From Yuukianura sp. NJ FZ-2021 (taxonomy: Eukaryota), in contig CM102285.1 in NCBI GenBank assembly GCA_046563655.1, positions 7,192,001 through 7,256,000 on the forward strand: DNA of 64,000 nucleotides, written 5' to 3'. The notes below the pieces were generated by a model. That model was not told the origin of the DNA. It saw nothing but the letters and a program-made list of their open reading frames with translations, and ran no database searches. Every line of letters begins with the position of its first letter. The stretch's first letter is position 1. Shown here in pieces: positions 13,013 through 22,800 of this stretch. Both the position numbers and the translations under genes were made by a program.

Positions 13013-13509
13013 TGTAATGAAGTGGCCTTATTTTAGAAATGAAAGGTCAAGACACTACTGTTTTGTGTTTCTGCTTGGTGCAGAAGGAAAATAACTTTTA
13101 TTCAATTAAAGTTTAGTGAAAGGGGATTGACCTCGCAGGGTCAAGTTGGGTTGAACTCAGTCAGAGTTTGAGCAGAGTTCAGTTGGAATTGAAAGTTAGA
13201 AGAAGAATGAATGATGGAGGGCATTGGCAACTGCTCCTTTTATAGGGCCTTACGAGTACCAATGACCCCTTGACATTTAAATGAGGAGTAACTCGTAACT
13301 CCTCTGATGCTAATGAAAACAATGGCAATGAACTCAGTGAGTTCAAGAAACTGGATTTGAACTAGAAAAATCTATTTTTAGACTAAAAAGTAACTTTGTA
13401 CTTTAAGTTATGTGTTTTGTGCAAACACAGTTTGCACAAAGACAAAAGACAAGAGTTATGAAATGGAAATGATCTGTATTTAACAGGAGATTGACCTTAT
13501 ATCATTACA
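13013..13509 (-). repeat. 3' LTR (497 bp)
   Basis: Direct repeat of 19356-19851; TGTAATGA…TCATTACA inverted ends; minus-strand TATAAAA (13238-13244) and AATAAA (13097-13102). Confidence 0.97.
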
Positions 13510-14249
13510 GTCCTCCTTCGTTAGACGGAAGACTCTCCTGAGTTTTCTTAGGCTGAATGAGACATCGATTTGCTTTGTGACCCGGGAGGTTACAGATCCA
13601 GCAGTGACGTGGCCCGCGAGGTTTTGGTCTCGGCTTCGGGATCATCGCAGAAATTGTGGCCTTGATGTCCCGTGGGTCAGTGACGATGACAATTGGTCTG
13701 CCAGCGGAGCGTTGTTGTTGTTGTTCTTGTTGTTTTGGTCGTCTCAGCGGCGGCGGAAGTCCTGTGCTCATCCGAGCGTAGGTTCTCGGCTGACGTTCCA
13801 TTTGTCGGAGGTTTTGGAGCCGTTCCATTTGTCGGAGGTTTTGGAGAGGAGATTCGGACGTCATCGGCACGGGTCGTTGAACCTTCGGGATTCTCCATGC
13901 AGAAAAGTTGATTCCACCGTTTGGAGGGTTGTCGTTACGCAGTAACGGTACGGTTGGAGTCTCCGATGTTACGGAAGAAGTAGAATTGATGGTGATCGTT
14001 GGTGAAATGGCTCTCCGTTGAACTTGTAGGTTTTGGAATTGATCTAAAATAAAAAATAAAAGAATAATTAGAAAAATAAATATAATTTAAAAGTTGGGTA
14101 TGTTATGGGAATGGGGATGGACAGAAGATGTTGCATGAAGTCAAAGGTCGAAAGGTCATTGCACTTTACTTACCAGCGACTTCTTCGTCAACACGAAGCA
14201 ATGCTTCTTCTTGCTCGAGGTCCATGTCCTCAATATTCCCATTGGCCAT
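13505..14249 (-). CDS. Spliced ORF3 of the LTR element: 204-aa low-complexity protein with a C-terminal CCHC zinc knuckle
   Basis: Exon 14249-14174 (ATG; MANGNIEDMDLEQEEALL…), intron 14173-14044 (GTAAGT…CTAAT…TTTTATTTTAG), exon 14043-13505. The join is in frame. Motif CWICNLPGHKANRC. Confidence 0.7.
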
Positions 14250-17200
14250 AACGATCTGGTTGTCTCGTGGCTCGAGTTGACCTTCTGAGTTGTAGTGGTG
14301 ACGGTTGGTTGACCTCCGGTAGACTTTCGGACAGAGTTCCCTCGTCTTCGAGTTCTGATGCAGGACTGACAGGGTCACCGTCATCCTGACCTGTATTTAT
14401 AGGGGATCTGAACTGGTCACTACCACTGTCACTTGCACTATCCGAGTCAGTGCCACTGAACTTGTTTGAATGTGCCGATGAACTTTTATCTAATTTAGCA
14501 CTAGTTTGCGTAGCAGATGAACTTGAATTTGACCTGATTTGACTATTTGCACTTGAACTGATCTTTGCATGATCAGCTGTGTGATGTGAAGTGGAGGAGT
14601 GTGATTCAGCTACAGTTTGCACTTTCCTCCCCCTCCTTACTTTAGCACTAATGGGAGTTCCAGGGGACCCATTGTTGCCTTTTGGCTGAAGAATTGTCTT
14701 TCTCTGTTTGACATGATCAGTGAAGCTACTTTCGCTTTCACTGTCGGAGGAAGGCATAAACTGCGAGTTGTATCGCTCTATGTCCCTAACATGAACAATT
14801 ACCTTTTTAGAGCGACTATTCATTTTTTTGATTTCGTAATTAACATTACTAGTCTGCCTAATAATTTCATAAGGGCCGTCCTTTTGAGCAATCAATGCTT
14901 TTGAAAGGCCTTTCTTTAAAATTGGTTTTGATCTCAAAACCAAATCACCTACTTTAAATTGATGTTCTTTTCGAGTCTTATTGACTCGAACTTTATTTTT
15001 CTCATGATTTTTCCTGGAATTTAGTTGAGCTTTGTGCCAATCCTCTTTTAATTTTTCCAAATCATGTTCTTCATCAGAATCAAAGTTTGGAAGATCAAGG
15101 TCAATTGGCAAAGTAGCTTCTCTGCCAAATAGTAAATAAAATGGGGAATACTCGGTTGAACAGTGTTTTTGGACATTATAAGAAAATGTCGCTCTGTCCA
15201 AACACGAGTCCCAATTTTGCTGATTTTCCTGAACAGTTTTTGCAATACCCTTTTTAACTGTTTTATTACAGCGTTCCGTCATGCCATTTGCGGCTGGGTG
15301 ATACGGAGCTGTAAATCTAAGTTTAAAACTAAATTCCTTAGCACACGCTTTGACCAAATTGGAAGTGAATTGTCTTCCTCGATCAATCACAAATTCCTTT
15401 GGCAAGGAATGCTTGAAAATAATTTTGTTTTTAATGGCTTCCACGGTCGCTTCTGCTGTAGCTGCCGGAACTGCTAGTGTTTCAGCGTATCTAGTGAAAT
15501 GATCAATAAAAACAATTGCGTATTTGTTTCCTGATTCTGATTTCACAAAAGGGCCAATGTAGTCAATCCCTACTCTTTCGAAGGGTGTGCTGACCTCATC
15601 GAAGCTTTGCATAGGACCATATTCATGACCTACACGTTTCCTAAATTTTTGGCAAATTGGACAACCAAGAATGTATTTTCTTGTGTCCCTGTACATTCCT
15701 ACCCAATGGAAACGACTTCTTACTAAATCCCATGTTTTAGTAATCCCTGCGTGACCTGCTAGGTCACCAGCATGCAGAGAATCCAAAACAATTTTCCTAA
15801 GGCATTTTGGAAGTACGATTTTCCACTGATGTCCAGATGGCGCGAAATTTGGAAAAAGCAAAATTCCATCTTGTAAACTATAATGTTCCAATTGTTTAAC
15901 ATTAGGTTTAGGAATATTACTTATCCCTTTTTCTTCAGATTCAATGTACAAAATGATCGACTTAAGGAAATTGTCAGATCTTTGTTTGACTTTAATTTCA
16001 TTTTTTGAAAATAACTCAGGGACTCCATCCAGAACTAGGACTTCTGAGCTGTCCATGGTCTCTGGTGGGTCAACTGGGTATCTTGACAAGGGGTCAACGT
16101 CATTGGCTGTCCTCCCCGGTCTGTGGACAATAGTCATATCTTGATTTTGCAAGGTTATTGCCCACCTTGCAAGCCTACTATTCACGTCTTTGACAGAAAA
16201 CAGCCATTTAAGGGCGTTATGGTCAGTGTACACAGTATATTTAGTACCATAAATGTAAGGTCTAAATTTTTTGACTGCGTAAACAACTGCCAGGCATTCC
16301 TGTTCTGTCGCGGAATATTTTCGCTCTGCGTCCGTCATGCTTCGACTTGCATAAGAAATGACGCAAGGTTTTTCATTTTGTATTTGGACGAGGGTTGCCC
16401 CAAGCCCATACCCACTACTGTCACAATGTACTTCAGTAGGTACATTGTCCATGGGGTAAGCCAGGATTGGACTGTTAATTAAATAATTTTTTAAAGTCCG
16501 AAATGCTAAGTCCTGTTTTTCTCCCCATTCAAATTTCTGATTTTTCTTTAGTAGTGAATTGAGTGGAATTGCAATTCTACCGTAATTTTGAATGAATCTT
16601 CTGTAGTATCCACACATTCCCAAAAATGATTTCACATCCGTTTGATTTTTTGGAATTGGGAACTTTTCGATCGCAACTGTTTTGTTTGGGTCCACCTGAA
16701 TTCCATGTTCAGATATGACGTGGCCCAAATAGTTGAGTCTGTTGGTTCCAAACACACATTTACTCAATTTCAGGGTTAGACCGGCTTCTTTAAGTCGGTT
16801 TAGAACCGTAACCAGCCTATATTTGTGCTCGTCAAAGGTTCTACCCCAAATTACAAGGTCATCTAAGTACACAAGTACAATGTTCCATTTCAAATTGAGT
16901 AAAACCAAGTCCATTAAGTATTGGAAGCTTGATGGAGCATTGCATAAACCCATAGGCAACCTTTTGAACTGGAATAACCCATCAGGAGTAATAAACGCAG
17001 TTTTTTCTTTGTCTTTTGGATCCATTTCAATTTGATAGAATCCAGACAATAGATCTAAAACTGTGAAATATTTGGCTCCAGAGAGTCTGTCCAAGGCGTC
17101 ATCCATTCTAGGCAATGGATATGAGTTTTTCTTGGTAATTGCATTAAGTTTCCTATAGTCAATGACCAGTCTTGAACTACCGTCCTTTTTAGGTACCAGT

Positions 17201-18465
17201 ATGACAGGAGACGACCAAGGGGAAATGGATTCCTCAATGATCTCACTTTCCAGTAACTTGTTTATTTTTTCCTTAATTTTACTCCTTTGAGGGTACGAGA
17301 CCCTGTAGGGATGACTACGTATAGGTTGACTTTCGCCTGTGTCAATTTTATGACGAACTAGGCTAGTTTTTCCTAAATCCGTTTCATCCTCAGCAAAGAG
17401 CATAGGAAATTGGTTAATTACTTTTGTCATTTCAGTCTTTTCATCGTTTGTCAGGTTGTCTCCTAACTTTGGGGTGAAGTTCCCTAACGTGCCTTCTTCT
17501 GTTTTGATGGTCTCGCCATCTTCAGTAAGATAGTACAAGTTTTTATTAGGAGGACAAATTTCACCATAACAAATTGTTGTGCCTTTTGCTAAGGTCACAG
17601 CAAAGTTATTTAAATTGGTGAGCCATATTTCGGTACGGCTGTCCCTGACTGTCGAGTAGACATACGGTTGGAGTAAGGCATGAGTCTCATTAAGTTTCTT
17701 GTTTGGATTTAAAATAACTGATCCAGAAATGATGAAATCAGACTCAACTGTAATTCTTGAACACTTTTTTGGTTCCAGTCGGACTGTTTTTGTCAAATTG
17801 AATTTGTTTAACTGAGGCTCATTTTCCTCAGCCTTGGGCAAATCCAATGGTGACTCTTCATCAATTATTGGAAATTTGTTTTTGTCCATGTTTCTTGTAG
17901 TCCAATCAGTCCCTAACAGCATTTGGGGTTTTAATCCCACCATTATATGGAATCCCCAGACAGTGAGTACATGGTTGTGGTAGAACCGTAGTTCAACAAT
18001 TTCATCAACCGCTGTTACACTGTTTGCTGTGTTGACCATGATTGGGCAAATCTTGTACCTCTTATGAATGAATTCTTTTAATTCATTCAACCGTTCTAAG
18101 CCAATGCTGCTGAAGTTGGCACCTTCATCGACTTGAACTCTATACGTTTTGTTACCAAACAAAAGTTCAGTAAAGACTTTTGGCCCATACCTCCATTTTC
18201 TGAAAGGTACAGGAACTGTTATCCCTTCAACTGAAGTTTCAGGGATCGAGTCGGATGCTACATTAATTGAATTAATTGAATTCAAATTTTTCTTTACTTT
18301 ACTAGCGTATGTTTCACTAGTAGTTTGTTTATTTTTGTTTTCTGAAAAATTTTTATTTTCAGTAGTGAGGGCATTTTGCCCTTGCTTGCATTTGTTTACT
18401 TTTTGTAAAGAGAAGTTATACGCTGTTTTTATTTGTGGGTGAGCGTAAGCACCCGATTCATTTAG
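14230..18465 (-). CDS. pol: Pol polyprotein (aspartic protease, dUTPase-like linker, RT, RNase H, integrase), likely expressed by -1 frameshift from gag
   Basis: Frame is open from the gag stop to 14230. Motifs VDEGA, SPWSSPVILVPKKDG, YLDD, CDSSGYGLGA, YTDH, H-H-C-C zinc finger, DYIGPF…D…E and GPY. Confidence 0.95.
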   Translation of the reverse strand, partial: LNESGAYAHPQIKTAYNFSLQKVNKCKQGQNALTTENKNFSENKNKQTTSETYASKVKKNLNSINSINVASDSIPETSVEGITVPVPFRKWRYGPKVFTELLFGNKTYRVQVDEGANFSSIGLERLNELKEFIHKRYKICPIMVNTANSVTAVDEIVELRFYHNHVLTVWGFHIMVGLKPQMLLGTDWTTRNMDKNKFPIIDEESPLDLPKAEENEPQLNKFNLTKTVRLEPKKCSRITVESDFIISGSVILNPNKKLNETHALLQPYVYSTVRDSRTEIWLTNLNNFAVTLAKGTTICYGEICPPNKNLYYLTEDGETIKTEEGTLGNFTPKLGDNLTNDEKTEMTKVINQFPMLFAEDETDLGKTSLVRHKIDTGESQPIRSHPYRVSYPQRSKIKEKINKLLESEIIEESISPWSSPVILVPKKDGSSRLVIDYRKLNAITKKNSYPLPRMDDALDRLSGAKYFTVLDLLSGFYQIEMDPKDKEKTAFITPDGLFQFKRLPMGLCNAPSSFQYLMDLVLLNLKWNIVLVYLDDLVIWGRTFDEHKYRLVTVLNRLKEAGLTLKLSKCVFGTNRLNYLGHVISEHGIQVDPNKTVAIEKFPIPKNQTDVKSFLGMCGYYRRFIQNYGRIAIPLNSLLKKNQKFEWGEKQDLAFRTLKNYLINSPILAYPMDNVPTEVHCDSSGYGLGATLVQIQNEKPCVISYASRSMTDAERKYSATEQECLAVVYAVKKFRPYIYGTKYTVYTDHNALKWLFSVKDVNSRLARWAITLQNQDMTIVHRPGRTANDVDPLSRYPVDPPETMDSSEVLVLDGVPELFSKNEIKVKQRSDNFLKSIILYIESEEKGISNIPKPNVKQLEHYSLQDGILLFPNFAPSGHQWKIVLPKCLRKIVLDSLHAGDLAGHAGITKTWDLVRSRFHWVGMYRDTRKYILGCPICQKFRKRVGHEYGPMQSFDEVSTPFERVGIDYIGPFVKSESGNKYAIVFIDHFTRYAETLAVPAATAEATVEAIKNKIIFKHSLPKEFVIDRGRQFTSNLVKACAKEFSFKLRFTAPYHPAANGMTERCNKTVKKGIAKTVQENQQNWDSCLDRATFSYNVQKHCSTEYSPFYLLFGREATLPIDLDLPNFDSDEEHDLEKLKEDWHKAQLNSRKNHEKNKVRVNKTRKEHQFKVGDLVLRSKPILKKGLSKALIAQKDGPYEIIRQTSNVNYEIKKMNSRSKKVIVHVRDIERYNSQFMPSSDSESESSFTDHVKQRKTILQPKGNNGSPGTPISAKVRRGRKVQTVAESHSSTSHHTADHAKISSSANSQIRSNSSSSATQTSAKLDKSSSAHSNKFSGTDSDSASDSGSDQFRSPINTGQDDGDPVSPASELEDEGTLSESLPEVNQPSPLQLRRSTRATRQPDRYGQWEY

Positions 18466-18471
18466 TTTTTT
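18437..18471 (-). promoter_or_regulatory. Programmed -1 ribosomal frameshift signal
   Basis: Heptamer A AAA AAC (18471-18465) lies immediately before the gag TAA; hairpin GGGTG-N8-CACCC starts 10 nt downstream; the -1 frame is open into pol. Confidence 0.8.
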
Positions 18472-19340
18472 GTAGTTTTAATTGTTTCAGTGACTTCTAC
18501 ATTGTCAACTGAAGTAAAAGAAGTGCTTCCAGATTTGTTACCATCTTTGTGCCAACAGTCATCGTACACGTGACCTGGCTTTTTACAACCTGTGCAGAAC
18601 TTTCGTTTCTTTTGTTCAAAGTTTCTGCCAGTTTCTGTTGCAGAGGTAAGAGTAGAAGACTCTTTTTGCTTATTTGCATTTGTATTTTCTGCAGGTGATT
18701 TGAATTTGACCTGCGAATTTTGACCTTTTTTGTCATTGTTGAAGTTAGGCTTTTCTAACTTCCTAAGTTTTTGTAAAAACTCGGCTGGAGTTTTGGGGTC
18801 AATCAAGGTCATCATGTTTTTTACAGAATATGGGAGACCTTTGATTAATTTTTCAACTTGTTTTTCTTCTGACATGTCTGGGTCAATGACCGACAGGCAT
18901 GCCAGTTTCTTGGCGACATACTCAGAATGTGAGTCGCAAGTTTGTAGAAAAATAGTTTTCAGTTTCCTCTTTGCGTCAGATTTGACCTGTTCGGGGTCAT
19001 AGAATGACCTGATCGCAATTTTTAACTCTTGCCATTTGGAATTGGCATTTGCAGGGGTCAAATCCCTGATAATTTTTGTTTGTGACCATCGCCACCATTC
19101 TAGTGCTTCACCTTCCATCAAAAGATGGAAGTTTAGGATCAGCGAATTGCTGTCCAGAGCACCCGATGCAATTAGAGCATCGCACCTTAAGGTCAACAGG
19201 TCAACGTTCGTCTTGCCATCAAAAAGAGGCACCGAACGTACCACAGCCTTTAGGTCAAATGGTTTGGTCAACGCCTGTGCGGACCCGTTAGGAGTAGGCA
19301 AAGGAATTGAGGTAGAGGTCGAGGTCATGTTTTGGTTCAT
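18462..19340 (-). CDS. gag: Gag (capsid-like region plus CCHC knuckle)
   Basis: VPLFDG, LMEGEALEWW and LIKGLP capsid-type motifs; CTGCKKPGHVYDDC; first ATG at 19340. Confidence 0.92.
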   Translation of the reverse strand: MNQNMTSTSTSIPLPTPNGSAQALTKPFDLKAVVRSVPLFDGKTNVDLLTLRCDALIASGALDSNSLILNFHLLMEGEALEWWRWSQTKIIRDLTPANANSKWQELKIAIRSFYDPEQVKSDAKRKLKTIFLQTCDSHSEYVAKKLACLSVIDPDMSEEKQVEKLIKGLPYSVKNMMTLIDPKTPAEFLQKLRKLEKPNFNNDKKGQNSQVKFKSPAENTNANKQKESSTLTSATETGRNFEQKKRKFCTGCKKPGHVYDDCWHKDGNKSGSTSFTSVDNVEVTETIKTTKN

Positions 19341-19355
19341 AGGCTCGTCCACTAT

Positions 19356-19851
19356 TGTAATGAAGTGGCCTTATTTTAGAAATGAAAGGTCAAGACACTA
19401 CTGTTTTGTGTTTCTGCTTGGTGCAGAAGGAAAATAACTTTTATTCAATTAAAGTTTAGTGAAAGGGGATTGACCTCGCAGGGTCAAGTTGGGTTGAACT
19501 CAGTCAGAGTTTGAGCAGAGTTCTGGTAGGTTTTAAAGATTGAAAGTGAATGATGATGGAGGGCATTGGCAACTGCTCCTTTTATAGGGCCTTACGAGTA
19601 CCAATGACCCCTTGACATTTAAATGAGGAGTAACTCGTAACTCCTCTGATGCTAATGAAAACAATGGCAATGAACTCAGTGAGTTCAAGAAACTGGATTT
19701 GAACTAGAAAAATCTATTTTTAGAGTAAAAAGTAACTTTGTACTTTAAGTTATGTGTTTTGTGCAAACACAGTTTGCACAAAGACAAAAGACAAAAGTTA
19801 TGAAATGGAAATGATCTGTATTTAACAGGAGATTGACCTTATTTCATTACA
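19356..19851 (-). repeat. 5' LTR (496 bp)
   Basis: Direct repeat of 13013-13509. Confidence 0.97.
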
Positions 19852-22800
19852 ATGTGAAAAAAGTTGACCTTAAGCAAACCCTTTTGGCATTCCAACACTA
19901 AACTATGCTTTAAAATGGAGACAAGAAAATGGCGCGCTTTTGCATGTGCTGTGCGTAACTCCAGACTTGACTTAGGCAAGTGGAAAGTGGTTGAACTTTC
20001 TTTACAAGCAATTAAGCAGTTACTTCACACTTTCCCTCCCACTCCAAATTCAAAATGCCTCCCGCGAAATTAAGATGCCAAAAGCCCAAGTTTCGTAACA
20101 CATTTCACCAAGTTTTACAAGAATTAGGGTGAAATGTAACCCTAGATTGAACCGAACGAAATACTAACGTTAACAAATAAGGTAGAAAGGGAAAGTTGAA
20201 AACTTCACCTCAATTTCCTTCACCCAAAAAGACCAAAGTTTTCACGGAGGTATAGCCGTTCGAGTTAATTGGAAATGAGACTTTTCTAATCATGTTACCA
20301 CATTACTCACCTTACAAACTCGAGTCCTCGTACTATGCCCGAGGGCGTAGAATCTAAAACCAGGATTAGTAAAGATACAAGATTAGTTATTCTGTAATTC
20401 AGTTAACCTTAAGTTTGAGGTTAGGTTAGATTAATTTGCGGAAATGGATAACAAGGGATGAGGGAAAGCCACAAGGGTAATTTCGGCAGGCACCTTGATT
20501 AATTTCTGCGGTTTTAACTTTCGGAGTTGCTTGTATCTTATGTGGTTTAAGTGCCGTATCCTTAAGTGCTTTCTCTACTTTTACTTTTACCGCAAAAATT
20601 TAGGAGCGTGTAGCGTAGCATCAATTTTTGAGCTCAGCTTCAGCGCAGCTCCGTCCTAAAAAAAAATATAAACTAGCTCCAGCAATAACTAAAAATTGTT
20701 CTCTTAGGCCCTACAAAAAGCCCCTTCCAAGTACAAAATATGATTCATAAATATTATAGGTCACTATATAGAATACAACCACTAACTAGAATGACTTCCT
20801 TTCATTATCATTTATACAATCTCGAGATTTTATTTCCCGAAGTTTTGAACTTCTAAAGCTTGGAAAACTTCTCTATGGTCAAATAAACCTTAATTAAAAC
20901 CGAACTAGATATTTGCCGATTTCACTTTCGTGTCGCAAAAAGCTCAACTTCAACTTTTAGTTGTTAGAATTTATCGAAGTTAGGCAGTAAGAAATGAGTT
21001 GCGTTTGTAGCCACCTCACTTTCCATTTCAAAATAAATCAAATGACATTGTAAACTCCGCACAAAAATTGCAAAAGTATAGCTTAAGATTAAAATACAAT
21101 TGCTATTTTTACCCATTTTTATTCGAATAATACCATAGCTCGGACAAAACTAACATGCACTTCTTCTTTTACTTGTATTAGTCTTCAAACATACTACGTT
21201 TCCATTTATGACTCCGGTCCCTCCATTCCCAACTTTCGCCCATTTCCTTCACAATCTTTAGTCCACATCTCCCGTCGTCCGTTGCATTTTCTCTACTTTC
21301 TTCTTGCAAGAACAAAGTTGGTTTCTTGGCTCTTCCAAAAAACAGTGAAGAATTTAGCCAACCCTGAAAGAACAAAATTTTGGATTTGGACGTTTGGCCT
21401 GATCTGATAGGAAGGAAGTCTCCTTGAAGCCAAGATCCTTCGTAATTCGGCACGGAAGATAATGTATGACCACTCCTCTTGGCACGGAGCCATGTTCCTT
21501 CAAAATTCAAATCTTGACTCTCTTTTTTCTCTTGCACAAGACTTTCTTTCAAGGAATCCTAACAAAAGTTAAGCTCTTCTGGCCCGAAGTGTCTTGAGCT
21601 TGCTTGACATTTTTAGACTCGAAAGCGAAGGATGTGACGTAGGGAGTAAAAGCCTTTGCTCGAAAAGTAAAACTTTCAATTCAACTAATAAAAAAGTATG
21701 GGAAAACAGTCAATTTCTTTTCACAAAACTTGCACACTAAAAAATTTTAATAATTGACTAATTTTCGAGCCATTTTCGGGGACATCTCTTTGCCTCGTTT
21801 TACGGAATAGTATTTTGGTTCTAAGACGATTTTTTCTATCACAAAAACCAGCATTATTGAGTAATGAAAACGAATGGCGAGAAATTTTTCTCCATGAAAA
21901 CAGTCTTCTTGACTTTTGTGAGCGGAAAACGGAACGAGACGGAGAATGCTGTGAAAGCATCTGGTATTACATTAACTGAACAAGGGCAAAGTACATTTGA
22001 CCAGTCCACCTAAAAACCATTTCCACAAAATTTATAACCCTCATCCTCCTTTCGTACCCAACTGAACTTCACCTCCCAAGCTAAACATGAAAATCGCATT
22101 TGCGTCTCCCGTTTTTTTTTTAATTCCTACTGGTACGTCGTTACTTAAAAAAAGTGTATCAGCATAAATTCTGTCAACTCCACGATTTAAAATTTTCATA
22201 AATTCCATCCCAAAAACTTGCAATTCACCTCACTAAGTACTTGTGTCCTTAGGTGCCTTTAATCGCTTGACGTACTGTTCAACAACTTTACCTCCACAAT
22301 GTTTCCGTCTCGTATACTGTTTTGTTCAATTTTTTCCAAATTGGCATTAATTTCACTCCTGGAAAATTAAATGGGATGAGAAATGACGAAGAGGAAGGAG
22401 TAGAAAAGAGAGACGAGACGAAACGTGCTTTCCCCAGAGAAATCAAAAATGAGAAAGCTTCTTCCTTTTCTTTTTTATTTTTTTAAGGTTGCCATTTTTT
22501 GGAAAAAAAAGTGTTTAATATGCAACTTAGTTTTTCGCCAGCAAGTAGTAGTGAGTGTCCCTAATGTTCAAAATGTTTGGAAAATAAAATAAAAGAGAAA
22601 GCGAGATGCCCCTTCGCGCTGGCATCAACTTGCCTTGTTTTCAACGTCCGTCACGGGCACAGTGCTTATGGTTGTGTACAAAAAATTTGCATCATAAAAC
22701 GCATAGGCAAAGAACAGCGTCCATATTAGCATAAGGATAATATGCGTCCCCTGTTTCACATTCTTTTCAAAAAAATAAACTTTTTTAAAAATGGAAGAAA

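Larger units (their letters stand above)
13013..19851 (-). mobile_element. Full-length Ty3/gypsy LTR retrotransposon
   Basis: TG…CA LTRs at 13013-13509 and 19356-19851; 4-bp TSD ATGT (13009-13012, 19852-19855); PPT-like AACGAAGGAGGAC next to the 3' LTR; pol order PR-RT-RH-IN. Confidence 0.97.

Noticed and set aside
14617..19437. Plus-strand ORFs within the LTR element
   Set aside because: Antisense shadows of gag and pol with no independent motifs.
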